32,000 bases of DNA from Candidatus Nitrosopumilus koreensis AR1 (lineage in GTDB: Archaea; Thermoproteota; Nitrososphaeria; Nitrososphaerales; Nitrosopumilaceae), in assembly GCF_000299365.1 (NCBI RefSeq), contig NC_018655.1, positions 1,050,001-1,082,000 of the forward strand, written 5' to 3'. The notes under the pieces were generated by a model. It was not told the DNA's origin. It ran no database searches and worked only from the letters and a program-made list of their open reading frames with translations. Positions within the stretch are counted from its first letter, which is position 1; the number at the start of each line of letters is the position of its first letter. Positions 16,884 through 26,332 of the stretch are shown one piece after another. The position numbers and the translations under genes were made by a program.

Positions 16884-17015
16884 CTATTTTGTTTCTTGTA
16901 ATAATTTTCTATAGCCCTGACATTCTTTACAGATAGGTTTTCCTTTGTATTTTGGATTTCCGTCTTTAATTTTGAGAGTACCTTCAACAAGTTTGCAGAT
17001 ACAGCATTTTGCCAT
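16884..17015 (-). CDS. zinc-ribbon-like small protein, 43 aa (not in ORF track)
   Basis: Manual translation MAKCCICKLVEGTLKIKDGNPKYKGKPICKECQGYRKLLQETK*: CxxC ... CxxC. Confidence 0.55.
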   Translation of the reverse strand: MAKCCICKLVEGTLKIKDGNPKYKGKPICKECQGYRKLLQETK

Positions 17016-17096
17016 CAAGTGTTCATTTAAAATGTGATTTATAAAAATTGGGAATTTATGAAAAAAAGATAAATTCGTAGAAGTGGATCTAAGATA

Positions 17097-17450
17097 GTGT
17101 ACAAATGTGATTTTTGTGGCTCAAGTTTTGGAGACAGAGTTTGCTATTTTTGTGAGAAAAACTGTTGTACGTCATGCATGATAGATGACAGAACACGTTG
17201 CAAGGAATGCTATATTCATAAAAGAAAATTAAGTGTCAAACAACTAATCAGAAAGAACAAGTTAGTTTTCATTTTTGTTGGGTTTTTATGGTTGTATGCA
17301 GTATTTCCGGGTCCATTTTTACCAGGACTAGACCCAGGATTTTATGCAATATCAGTTGTTGCAGCAGTGTTAATTATGATTCCAGTGTGTTTGGCCATGT
17401 TTTTTTGGTCGCTAAATCCACCAAAATCAGATGTTAAGAAGAGAAAGTAA
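17097..17450 (+). CDS. zinc-finger protein with two C-terminal TM helices
   Basis: MYKCDFCGSSFGDRVCYFCEKNCCTSCMIDDRTRCKECYIHKR then two hydrophobic segments. Confidence 0.65.
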   Translation: MYKCDFCGSSFGDRVCYFCEKNCCTSCMIDDRTRCKECYIHKRKLSVKQLIRKNKLVFIFVGFLWLYAVFPGPFLPGLDPGFYAISVVAAVLIMIPVCLAMFFWSLNPPKSDVKKRK

Positions 17451-17533
17451 AGATGTTAAAAGCAGGAATCGGGCATGGCGGCTTCTAACACCTTTAACTT
17501 GATTATTGAATAGATGAAAGATACTTAAGAAAA

Positions 17534-17557
17534 TGTGTGTTCATTCTAAAACACACA
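17534..17557. terminator. candidate terminator hairpin between convergent genes
   Basis: tgtgtgtt-cattctaa-aacacaca, perfect 8-bp stem, 8-nt loop; minus-strand side is followed by TTTTC just after the leuB stop. Confidence 0.35.
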
Positions 17558-17558
17558 A

Positions 17559-18572
17559 TTACAAGTTATCAGTAATTTGCTTTGTAAATTCTGTAGTAGT
17601 TTTGTCTCCACCAATATCTTTTGTTTTGACTCCTGTTTTTACCAAGTCAAATATCGTGGATTCTAGTTTTTGACCAACTTCAAGACATTTTGAATCGTTG
17701 TGTTTTTGCCCCAACCAATCCAACATCAATTTGATAGACAACAAAAATGATGAAGGGTTTGCAATGTTTTGTCCAGCAATATCAAATGCAGCACCATGAA
17801 CAGGTTCAAACAATGCAAAGTTATCACCGATGTTTGCAGCTGGAGCCATACCCAATCCACCAACTACTTGGGATGATTCATCAGACAAGATATCACCAAA
17901 AAGATTAGTTGTAACAATAACATCAAACTGTTCGGGTTGACGGATCAAGTTCATAGCACATGCATCAACATACATTTGCTCAAAAGTGATATCAGGATAA
18001 TCCTTTGATACATCAGTGCAGGCTTTTGCAAACAATCCATCTGTAACTCTCATTACATTTGATTTGTGAACACACGTTACTTTTCTCATAGAATCACGCT
18101 GTTTTGCAGATTCAAAGGCATATTTTGCAATCCTTTTTGAGGCATTCTCTGAAATTATTCTCAAAGCCACTGCAGCGTCACCCAAGCTAAACTCTTTTCC
18201 AGTGTAAAGGTCTTCAGTGTTTTCTCTGACTATGACCATATCAATATCATCACGTAATGCAGGCATGTGTGGATATGACTTTGCAGGTCGAATATTGGCA
18301 TAAAGATCAAGCATTCTTCTCAAAACAACAATGACATCAGCTGCACTTTCCCCAACAGGCGCCTTCATACACGCATCAGATTGTTTTATGGCATCAATTG
18401 TTTCATCAGGAAGTGCCTTTCCTGTTTGCTCTAATGCCCTGTCACCAGCAGATAATTTTGTTATATCAAACTTCAAGTCAAGTTTATCATGAATTGTGTT
18501 AAGAACAGAAACTGCAGATTCAGATAGTTCAGGACCAATTCCATCACCAGTAATTAATGAAATTTTGTACAT
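17559..18572 (-). CDS. leuB: 3-isopropylmalate dehydrogenase (isocitrate/isopropylmalate dehydrogenase family)
   Basis: LITGDGIGPEL, MVIVRENTEDLYTG, HKSNVMRVTDGLF, NLFGDILSDESSQVVGGLGMAPAANIG, FEPVHGAAFDIAGQNIANP; near leuA/ilvBN. Confidence 0.82.
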   Translation of the reverse strand: MYKISLITGDGIGPELSESAVSVLNTIHDKLDLKFDITKLSAGDRALEQTGKALPDETIDAIKQSDACMKAPVGESAADVIVVLRRMLDLYANIRPAKSYPHMPALRDDIDMVIVRENTEDLYTGKEFSLGDAAVALRIISENASKRIAKYAFESAKQRDSMRKVTCVHKSNVMRVTDGLFAKACTDVSKDYPDITFEQMYVDACAMNLIRQPEQFDVIVTTNLFGDILSDESSQVVGGLGMAPAANIGDNFALFEPVHGAAFDIAGQNIANPSSFLLSIKLMLDWLGQKHNDSKCLEVGQKLESTIFDLVKTGVKTKDIGGDKTTTEFTKQITDNL

Positions 18573-18638
18573 AATTGTATGTGATTATAACGAAATATAA
18601 TGTCATCTCATAATGAACTAAATTTCACGGTGTAAATA

Positions 18639-18938
18639 TTATTGATATGGATTAAGTATTCCAATTGTTTGTCCCACTTCACAGTTTAGTCCATGATCTG
18701 TTAGGAACCAGATGTAGTTACCAATATCAAAAACATCACCATGACAAATCCTTGCAATAGATACAAAGACAACTTGTATATGATCACCCACTTTTGGCTC
18801 ACTACTGCATCCAAAAGTAGCAATCTCTGCTCCTAGTCTACATACGACATCAGGTTTTTCTGCAGATACTGTGTTTGTCAATCCCAAAGTACCAACAACC
18901 ATGATACTGACAATTACAGGGATTAGGAACTTGTTCAC
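18639..18938 (-). CDS. small secreted hypothetical protein with signal peptide and cysteines
   Basis: MNKFLIPVIVSIMVVGTLGLTNTVSAEKPD signal peptide, 4 Cys in the mature part. Confidence 0.55.
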   Translation of the reverse strand: MNKFLIPVIVSIMVVGTLGLTNTVSAEKPDVVCRLGAEIATFGCSSEPKVGDHIQVVFVSIARICHGDVFDIGNYIWFLTDHGLNCEVGQTIGILNPYQ

Positions 18939-18962
18939 AAAAATAAATGAGTCTAGATTTAC

Positions 18963-20474
18963 TTAAACTTGTTTTTCTTGGAGTAGTTTCTTGAGCATTA
19001 TTCGGTTAATAGCATCAATAACTGCCTTGACAGAGGTAGTAACAATATCCTCACCAACAGATTTTGCAGAAACTTTGTTTCCCAAAGCATCTTCAACTTT
19101 TACTGTAACCTCACATAATGCACTAGAACCGCCAGAAATAGATGCTAATCCATAATCTTTGATTCTGATTTCAGATAATTTTCCTGTGATCTTTTGAATT
19201 GCATTTAATGCTGCATCAACAGGTCCAACACCATAATCAGTTCCAACATGATCTTCACCATTCACATTTAATTTTACAAATGCATAAGGCATTGTTCCGA
19301 TTCCAGTAGAAACTGAAAATCCTGTTAATTGAACAATTCTTTTAAGATCTTTTTCTTCCATTACCTCACTGGCAATTGACAGCAATTCTACATCAGTGAG
19401 TTGTTTTCCCTGATCACCTATTACTTTGACTTTGTCCAAAATCTGTTTTGATTGTTCTTCAGTAGGTTTCACCCCATATTCTGCAAGCATTGCATTCATC
19501 CCATGGACTCCTGCATGTTTTCCAACTTGGAGCCATCTTTTCCTTCCAACTAATTCAGGACTAATTGGCTCATACGTGAGAGGGTTACTCAATACACCAT
19601 GAGTATGAATACCAGATTCATGACCAAAGGCATTTGCGCCAACTATGGCCTTGTTTGGTTGAACAATAATCCCAACGGTTTTTGAGATAAATCTAGATGT
19701 ATCATAAATTAATTCAGATTTGATATTGGTCTCATATTTTTGCTCATAAGGTAAACACTTGAGCGCCATAGAAAGCTCTTCTAATGATGCATTACCTGCT
19801 CGCTCACCAATGCCATTAATGGTAACATGTGCACATGAAGCCCCTGCATGTATTCCAGCCAAAGAATTTGCAACTGCTAATCCAAAGTCATTGTGACAGT
19901 GAACGCTGACTGGAAGTTTTGTAGCTTCAATTGTATCTCTCGTAATTTCTGCCATGTATTCAGGTGTAGAATATCCCACAGTATCAGGAATGTTGACTCT
20001 ATCAGCACCTGCTTTTGCAACTTCGCCAAATACTTTTTTTAAAAATTCTCTATCAGTTCTTGATGCATCTTCAGCAGAAAATTCTACTTGAAGACCACGA
20101 GATTTTCCATACTCTACTGCCTCAATTGCTTTTTCAAGTGCTTGGTCTCTAGTTATTTGGAGTTTATGTTCTAAATGAATATCAGATGTTGCAATGAATG
20201 TGTGAATATAATTTAATCCAGCATCAACTGCAGCATCAATATCTTTTTTGATAGTCCTTGTCAATCCCGCAATTTCACATGACAATCCTTCGCCAGTAAT
20301 CATCTTGACTGCTTTGAATTCACCATCAGAAATTACTGGAAATCCTGCTTCGATTGCATCTACTCCCAATTCATCAAGTTTTTTTGCAATTGATAATTTC
20401 TGTCCAGGTGATAAAGACACACCGATGGTTTGTTCTCCATCTCTAAGTGTAGTATCAAATATTCTAACTTTCAT
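18963..20474 (-). CDS. leuA: 2-isopropylmalate synthase
   Basis: RIFDTTLRDGEQTIGVSLSPGQKLSIAKKLDELGVDAIEAGFP, HCHNDFGLAVANSLAGI, VTINGIGERAGNASLEE, HESGIHTHGVL. Confidence 0.93.
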   Translation of the reverse strand: MKVRIFDTTLRDGEQTIGVSLSPGQKLSIAKKLDELGVDAIEAGFPVISDGEFKAVKMITGEGLSCEIAGLTRTIKKDIDAAVDAGLNYIHTFIATSDIHLEHKLQITRDQALEKAIEAVEYGKSRGLQVEFSAEDASRTDREFLKKVFGEVAKAGADRVNIPDTVGYSTPEYMAEITRDTIEATKLPVSVHCHNDFGLAVANSLAGIHAGASCAHVTINGIGERAGNASLEELSMALKCLPYEQKYETNIKSELIYDTSRFISKTVGIIVQPNKAIVGANAFGHESGIHTHGVLSNPLTYEPISPELVGRKRWLQVGKHAGVHGMNAMLAEYGVKPTEEQSKQILDKVKVIGDQGKQLTDVELLSIASEVMEEKDLKRIVQLTGFSVSTGIGTMPYAFVKLNVNGEDHVGTDYGVGPVDAALNAIQKITGKLSEIRIKDYGLASISGGSSALCEVTVKVEDALGNKVSAKSVGEDIVTTSVKAVIDAINRIMLKKLLQEKQV

Positions 20475-20965
20475 TCAGCACCGCTCCTCTGCAAAGCTGC
20501 AACACCGGTTCTTGCAACATCAATGATTCCAAAGGGTTTTGCCAATTCCTCAAATGCTTTGATTTGATCAGGTGTAGCAGTCAATTCTACCATAAGAGAG
20601 TCTTTTTTAACATCATGTACCTTCCCGCCATATGCGTTGGCTAGTTTGTTTACTTCCATACTATCATTAGCATTACTTAGTTTAATCTTAAAAATACTAA
20701 GTTCTCTAAAGACGGTTTTATGCTCATCTAAATGCTCTACTTTTACAGTATCAATCATTTTATCAAGTTGCTTTACAATCTGGTCCACTTGTTTTTCATC
20801 ACCATACGTAGTGATTGTCATTTTAGAATAATCAGGATTCTCAGTTACCCCTACAGAGATACTATCGATGTTAAAGTTCCTTGCACGGAATAAATGAGTA
20901 ACTTTGAACAAAATTCCAGGTTTGTTTTCAACTAAAATAGAGAGAATGGCCCACATACTAATCAC
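20471..20965 (-). CDS. ilvN: acetolactate synthase small (regulatory) subunit
   Basis: ACT domain: ILSILVENKPGILFKVTHLFRARNFNIDSISVG; overlaps leuA by 4 nt and ilvB by 1 nt. Confidence 0.92.
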   Translation of the reverse strand: MISMWAILSILVENKPGILFKVTHLFRARNFNIDSISVGVTENPDYSKMTITTYGDEKQVDQIVKQLDKMIDTVKVEHLDEHKTVFRELSIFKIKLSNANDSMEVNKLANAYGGKVHDVKKDSLMVELTATPDQIKAFEELAKPFGIIDVARTGVAALQRSGAE

Positions 20966-22677
20966 TACGATGGTAATATCATGTCCTTAAGTGAAGTTCC
21001 AGGAGCTACAAATGGCAATACGTCCTCTTCAGGATCAATTGGTATGTCAATTACAGTTGCAACATCACTGCTTAATGCATCCTTTATTGCCTTATCAAGT
21101 TCATCCATTGATTGTGCTCTAATTCCTTGAGCTCCATATGATTGTGCTAATTTAACATAATCAGGACATTTTCCTTGATCAACTCCAATCATTCTTCTGT
21201 CATAGAATGTTCTTTGCCATTGAGCTACCATACCCAATGTAAAGTTGTTTAATACAAATACAATTACTGGAATATCTTCTAACACTGCTGTTGCAAGAGA
21301 GTTTTCTGTCATTGCAAAACTACCATCTCCTGCAATGTCTACAACAGGAACATCAGGTTTTGCAACTTTGGCACCAATTGCAGCTGGAAATCCCCAACCC
21401 ATCGTACCAAGTCCTGTAGAACTAAAGAAAGTTCCAGGTTGAATCACATCATAAAATAATGATGCCCACATTTGGTGTTGCCCCACTTCAGTTGTTATGA
21501 TTGATTCTTTAGGTAATAATTCTCTTAATTTACGTAAAATTTTTGCTGCACCCATTTCGCCAGGATGAAGTTTCAAATTTTCTTGCCAATATGCTTTGGT
21601 CTCTTTGACATGTTTTATCCAAGGTGTTTCTTCGGTTTTTTTAATTGCTTTTTGCAAGAGTAACTTTACCATAACTCTGAGATTCATCTGCACATCACCT
21701 ACTACAGCAAGTTGTGCTGTTTGGTTTTTACCAATTTCAGCAGGATCTACATCCATGTGAATGATTTTAAGATTCTTCTCAAATTCCTCAAAAGTTCCAA
21801 CAGACCTATCAGAGAATCTAGTACCAATTGCCAATACACAGTCAGCCTCAGACATTATTCTGTTAGCCTCAGCATGACCGTGCATTCCAATAGGACCTAA
21901 AGATAAAGGATGATTTTCAGGAAATGCTCCTTTTCCTTTGAAAGTAGTTACTACAGGAAGCATCAATGCTTCAGCAACAGCTTGCAACTCTGCAAAAGCT
22001 GATGAAATGATTGTTCCACCACCAGCTAAGATTACAGGTTTTTGAGAATGAAGTAACATGTCAATTGCTTTTTCTACCGCAACAAGATCAGGATCAGCCC
22101 ATGGATGATATCCTGGGATTTTAAATTCATCTGGGAAAACCATTTCAGCTTCATTTTGTTGAACATCTTTTGGAATGTCAATCAAAACAGGTCCAGGTCT
22201 TCCAGTTTGTGCAATGAAAAATCCTTTCTTTACAACTTCAGGAATTTCAGAAGCATGTCTTGGTTGAAATGCATATTTTACAACAGGATTTGCCATTCCA
22301 ATAATATCACTTTCTTGAAATGCATCCTTTCCAATCATAGCTACAGGAACTTGTCCAGTCACTGCCACCATGGGTGCAGAATCAGCCTGTGCTGTTGCAA
22401 TACCGGTAAGAATGTTAGTTGCGCCAGGTCCAGATGTTGCAAAACAAACTCCAGGTTTTCTACTTACACGTCCAAAACCATCTGCCATGTGAGCTGCAGA
22501 TTGTTCATGTCGTGCCAAGATGTGTCTAATATTACATCTAGCAAATTCATCATACATTGGAAGATTTGCACCTCCCGGTAAGCCAAATACTTCCTTGACG
22601 CCTTCTTTTTCCATTGCCGTCATCAAGGCCTTTGCACCAATCATATTTTCCATATTATTCATCAAATTTCTCTCCAT
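20965..22677 (-). CDS. ilvB: acetolactate synthase large (catalytic) subunit
   Basis: GVKEVFGLPGGANLPMYDEF, RHEQSAAHMADGFGR, CFATSGPGATN, GDGSFAMTENSLATAV. Confidence 0.95.
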   Translation of the reverse strand: MERNLMNNMENMIGAKALMTAMEKEGVKEVFGLPGGANLPMYDEFARCNIRHILARHEQSAAHMADGFGRVSRKPGVCFATSGPGATNILTGIATAQADSAPMVAVTGQVPVAMIGKDAFQESDIIGMANPVVKYAFQPRHASEIPEVVKKGFFIAQTGRPGPVLIDIPKDVQQNEAEMVFPDEFKIPGYHPWADPDLVAVEKAIDMLLHSQKPVILAGGGTIISSAFAELQAVAEALMLPVVTTFKGKGAFPENHPLSLGPIGMHGHAEANRIMSEADCVLAIGTRFSDRSVGTFEEFEKNLKIIHMDVDPAEIGKNQTAQLAVVGDVQMNLRVMVKLLLQKAIKKTEETPWIKHVKETKAYWQENLKLHPGEMGAAKILRKLRELLPKESIITTEVGQHQMWASLFYDVIQPGTFFSSTGLGTMGWGFPAAIGAKVAKPDVPVVDIAGDGSFAMTENSLATAVLEDIPVIVFVLNNFTLGMVAQWQRTFYDRRMIGVDQGKCPDYVKLAQSYGAQGIRAQSMDELDKAIKDALSSDVATVIDIPIDPEEDVLPFVAPGTSLKDMILPS

Positions 22678-22889
22678 AATTTTAATGTGTTAAAATTTTG
22701 AGCACACTTTACAGTGTTAGGACAACTAGCAACTCTTTGCCAAATTTTACAGCTAATCTTGTGCTCATTGAAATCAAAAAATCAATCAATCTATAATTAA
22801 TAAAGATTCTCTAAAGAGTAATCGTGGTTTTGCCCAAATGCGTACAGAAGATTTAAACTGATTATTTTCATATTCGAAAATGACTGTTT

Positions 22890-23294
22890 TTGTCAGATAG
22901 TGAAGAAATTATCAAAGTAATAGAAGCATTATTTCAGGCAGGCATTACAAAAGACACATCAATTCTAAAAGACATCCATCTAAACGATCCAAAATTTTCG
23001 AGTTTTAGTGACTTGCCACCATATGATCTTAAAGATTATCAAAATACAATAGAACTAGAAGAACTCAAGTTTGTCAGTATTTCAGATTATAGTTATGAAA
23101 TCAAAAATCCAAAAATTAGTATTTTTGGAGATTCAGCTGTTGTTGCAATGGAGTTAAATCAAAAAGGAATGTTAGTGGACACAAAAGCATACACAGGAGA
23201 ACACATGGAGATTAAAGGAAGAGCCACTTTTGTTTTAGTAAAGCAACCAACATGGAAAATTGCTCACATTCATCTATCAAAAATTAATGGGTGA
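22890..23294 (+). CDS. SnoaL-like/ketosteroid isomerase-type (nuclear transport factor 2 fold) protein
   Basis: IIKVIEALFQAGITKDTSILKDIH ... GRATFVLVKQPTWKIAHIHLS. Confidence 0.6.
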   Translation: MSDSEEIIKVIEALFQAGITKDTSILKDIHLNDPKFSSFSDLPPYDLKDYQNTIELEELKFVSISDYSYEIKNPKISIFGDSAVVAMELNQKGMLVDTKAYTGEHMEIKGRATFVLVKQPTWKIAHIHLSKING

Positions 23295-23295
23295 A

Positions 23296-24240
23296 CTAGT
23301 TCTTTTTTGGTTCTGATTTATTTTGATTAGGTTTGTTGCCTTTTGATTTGTTTTGATTAGGTTTGTTGCCTTTTGATTTGTTTTGATTAGGTTTGTTGCC
23401 TTTTGATTTGTTTTGATTAGGTTTGTTGCCTTTTGATTTGTGTTTTTTGTTTGGTCTTTCGCTAGCTAATTTTTTGTATAATTGGAAAGCCTGATCGACA
23501 TTGGCATTTTGATGAACGATTGCCCTAACTGCTTTAATCATAGCTACTGGATGTTCAGATTGCCAGATGTTTCTGCCCATATCAACACCTACAGCACCAC
23601 CTTTAATGGAATTGTATGTTAATTGTAATGCATCGCGTTCTGGGATTTTCTTTCCGCCCGCAACAATAATTGGGACAGGACAAGATTCAACAACTTTTTC
23701 AAAGTTTTCACAATAGTATGTTTTCACAATATGTGCACCTTGCTCAGCTGCCATTCTACAGGCCAATGAAAGATATCGAGCATCTTTACCAAGTTCTTTT
23801 CCAACTGCAGTTACAGCTAAAACAGGAATTCCATATTGTTCTGCCTCACTGACTAATTTTCCAAGATTTACAACTGTTTGGTATTCATACTTTGAGCCAA
23901 CAAAGATAGACATTGCAAGAGCACTTGCATTGAGTCTAATTGCATCCTGAATTGAAACGGTAATGTCTTCCTGAGACAAATCTTCACCAATAATACTAGA
24001 ACCACCAGATACTCGAAGTACCATAGGAGTATCAGTTTCTGCAGGAACAGAGGTTCTTTGAACACCTCTTGTGAGCATCAAAGAGTCACAATGTCTCAAT
24101 AGAGGCGCAATCACTTTTTTTGGATTTTCTAATTTTTCAGTAGGTCCCAAAAAGTATCCATGATCAACTGCTAACATTAATGCACGATTATTATGTGGTT
24201 TAATTATTCTTGATAACCTATTTTTTAATCCCCAATCCAT
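23296..24240 (-). CDS. LsrF/DeoC-type class I aldolase family protein with tandem-repeat lysine/asparagine-rich C-terminal tail
   Basis: GLKNRLSRIIKPHNNRALMLAVDHGYFLGPT, LLRHCDSLMLTRGV, HIVKTYYCENF, VPIIVAGGKK; tail KSKGNKPNQNKSKGNKPNQN... Confidence 0.78.
   Translation of the reverse strand: MDWGLKNRLSRIIKPHNNRALMLAVDHGYFLGPTEKLENPKKVIAPLLRHCDSLMLTRGVQRTSVPAETDTPMVLRVSGGSSIIGEDLSQEDITVSIQDAIRLNASALAMSIFVGSKYEYQTVVNLGKLVSEAEQYGIPVLAVTAVGKELGKDARYLSLACRMAAEQGAHIVKTYYCENFEKVVESCPVPIIVAGGKKIPERDALQLTYNSIKGGAVGVDMGRNIWQSEHPVAMIKAVRAIVHQNANVDQAFQLYKKLASERPNKKHKSKGNKPNQNKSKGNKPNQNKSKGNKPNQNKSKGNKPNQNKSEPKKN
23321..23440. repeat. perfect tandem repeat, 4 x 30 bp, in-frame
   Basis: Unit ttttgattaggtttgttgccttttgatttg repeated identically; encodes a 10-aa unit (KPNQNKSKGN). 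Confidence 0.95.
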
Positions 24241-24278
24241 ATCTTTTCGAATCTGAAAATGCCTTTCTTAAGCCTTTC

Positions 24279-25307
24279 TCATTTTGTTATGATTATTTTC
24301 ATAGCATTTTCACCACTTCGTGCATGATCAAATGCCTTTTGTGTATCAGTGATTGGATATGTATGTGTGATTAATTGTTTAACATCGATTTGAGATGATT
24401 CTATAAGACGTAGTGCTTCTTTGGTGTCGTTATCAGATGCTGCATAACTAGTAACAAGCATAATTTCTTTTGAATATATTTTACTCATATCCAAATCCAT
24501 TTTTGCTCCTTTTGAAGGAACACCAAACATCATTACAGCACCACCCTTTCTGACCATATCAATGGCATCTTCAAGAGCCTTAAGACTACTAGTTGCAACT
24601 ATTGCGACATCAACACCTCTCCCATCAGTGTGATCCAAAATTTTTTGTTTACGTGAATCATCTGCAGAATGTATAGATTCAGTAATATTGAATTTTTTTG
24701 CAAAATCTAATCTAAAATCATTTACATCAAAACAGAAAATTTTTGAGAATTTTTTTGCTTGAGCTAACATAACGTGCATCATTCCAGTAGGGCCAACACC
24801 AAAGATTGCAGCACTGTCACCTTCCTGATGATTGTATTTTGTCCAAGCCCTAACACAACATGCGAGGGGTTCAATCATTGCAGCTTCTTCAAAACTTAAG
24901 GAATCAGATATTTTTAAGACTCCACCATGAGAAACATTCCATGCAGGAACAACAAATTGTTCAGATAGACCACAAGGAGACAGATTAGTTTCATAGTATT
25001 TTTTACACATTGTTTCATTACCATGATTGCAAAAATGACAGTCATAGCAAGGAACATGATGGTGAGTAAACACTCTGTCGCCTTTTTTGAATTCAGTTAC
25101 ATCAGAACCAACATCAACAATTACACCAGAAGGTTCATGTCCTAAACGCATAGAAGGTTGCCCATATTGGCCAAATACCTTTTCCAAATCAGAGCCACAG
25201 ATTCCACATGCATGCATTTGAACTAATATATCGCCAGACTCTAAAGAAGGATTTTCTGTCTCAGTAACAGAAATTATTGCAGGTTCTTTAACAGATGCAG
25301 TTTTCAT
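24279..25307 (-). CDS. zinc-dependent medium-chain alcohol/polyol dehydrogenase family protein
   Basis: HACGICGSDLEKV, GHEPSGVIVDVGSDVTEFKKGDRVFTHHHVPCYDCHFCNHGNETMCKKY, IFGVGPTGMM. Confidence 0.85.
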   Translation of the reverse strand: MKTASVKEPAIISVTETENPSLESGDILVQMHACGICGSDLEKVFGQYGQPSMRLGHEPSGVIVDVGSDVTEFKKGDRVFTHHHVPCYDCHFCNHGNETMCKKYYETNLSPCGLSEQFVVPAWNVSHGGVLKISDSLSFEEAAMIEPLACCVRAWTKYNHQEGDSAAIFGVGPTGMMHVMLAQAKKFSKIFCFDVNDFRLDFAKKFNITESIHSADDSRKQKILDHTDGRGVDVAIVATSSLKALEDAIDMVRKGGAVMMFGVPSKGAKMDLDMSKIYSKEIMLVTSYAASDNDTKEALRLIESSQIDVKQLITHTYPITDTQKAFDHARSGENAMKIIITK

Positions 25308-25347
25308 GATTTGACTTTAGGAAAATGAGTATAAGTAGATTAAAAAA

Positions 25348-25641
25348 TTAAACACCAAGAATCTTTTTCAGCATTACCCGGTAATCAACTTCAGATTTTT
25401 CACTGCCAGTTGCAGGTAGTGCAAATACCAAAGTATCTTTTTCAGCTCTTAATGCAGTTAATTCGTCATTAATTGATTCTGTAATATCATCACTTACCAA
25501 AACTAGCCCTACATCAGAATCATCAGTTAGTTTCTTAATGTCATCTAAAGCCTTTTGAGGAGATTCTGAAATAATACCTGGAACGCCAGCTAATTGAAAA
25601 CTAGTTACAAACGATTTGCTTCCTACAGTGAATATTTTCAC
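25348..25641 (-). CDS. atpF: A-type (V/A-type) ATP synthase subunit F
   Basis: MKIFTVGSKSFVTSFQLAGVPGI ... VGLVLVSDDI ... VFALPATGSEK; size and motifs of subunit F. Confidence 0.75.
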   Translation of the reverse strand: MKIFTVGSKSFVTSFQLAGVPGIISESPQKALDDIKKLTDDSDVGLVLVSDDITESINDELTALRAEKDTLVFALPATGSEKSEVDYRVMLKKILGV

Positions 25642-25730
25642 AGATTCAATTCTTGCCCATTCTAATTTAACCCTTTTTGGAAGAGATTAGATCAGGAAAG
25701 ATTGATTTAGTTTAAAAAATTAGTAATTTC

Positions 25731-26030
25731 ATGGCAGAAATCGATGCTCAAAAAGATGTCTATCTGTTCTTACATGGAAAAATGGATCTTAGAGAAAAGG
25801 CAACAAATGCACTTACTGCAAAAGGATTTGCAGCTGAAAAAATAACAATGGCCTCACCAAACAAAGTAGGAAATGTAGGGGATTACATGGCAATGTTATG
25901 GAGACCACCCACACCGGATCAAATCAAGATTCAACAAATAACCAAGGTTGAAGAAGTAGAGCCAGAGGGAATGATAGGACTTTGGAAAGGGGTTTCACAA
26001 GAAGATATCGAGTCTATTCCATTAGAATAA
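25731..26030 (+). CDS. hypothetical protein, 99 aa
   Basis: Intact ORF, divergent from atpF. Confidence 0.6.
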   Translation: MAEIDAQKDVYLFLHGKMDLREKATNALTAKGFAAEKITMASPNKVGNVGDYMAMLWRPPTPDQIKIQQITKVEEVEPEGMIGLWKGVSQEDIESIPLE

Positions 26031-26032
26031 AC

Positions 26033-26293
26033 TCAACTAAATCCAGCACCAAAATCGGAACCTTTGTCTAATAGGTCTCCAGAATCTGAACTTTTTAGTT
26101 TTCTAAACAACAGAGTCTCATAAACCAATTTCATTGCATCGTCATCATTTAGATTGCAATCTTCTTTAATTTGGTTCTTGTATTTCTCTAGTTTTACAGG
26201 ATCTTGTTCATCAAGGGAGACACCGTCATGAACCATTAGATTAGCAATTTTTTCAATTTCAGAATTTTGTTGCTCCTCATCCATGATTGTCAA
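26033..26293 (-). CDS. hypothetical protein, 86 aa
   Basis: Intact ORF, acidic/helical. Confidence 0.55.
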   Translation of the reverse strand: MTIMDEEQQNSEIEKIANLMVHDGVSLDEQDPVKLEKYKNQIKEDCNLNDDDAMKLVYETLLFRKLKSSDSGDLLDKGSDFGAGFS

Positions 26294-26332
26294 TAAATTT
26301 TCTGCTTATTAATACATTCTAGCAAAAGATCA

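Noticed and set aside
21245-22581. Plus-strand ORFs inside ilvB (including the 158-aa Cys/Ser/Asn-rich ORF 22105..22581)
   Set aside because: Mirror of the conserved acetolactate synthase; unusual composition is explained by antisense codon usage.
23321-23440. CRISPR-like array
   Set aside because: Repeats are directly contiguous with no spacers and continue the aldolase reading frame.
23670-24065. ORFs 23670..23852 (+) and 23868..24065 (reported -)
   Set aside because: Lie within the LsrF-like aldolase coding region; no independent support.
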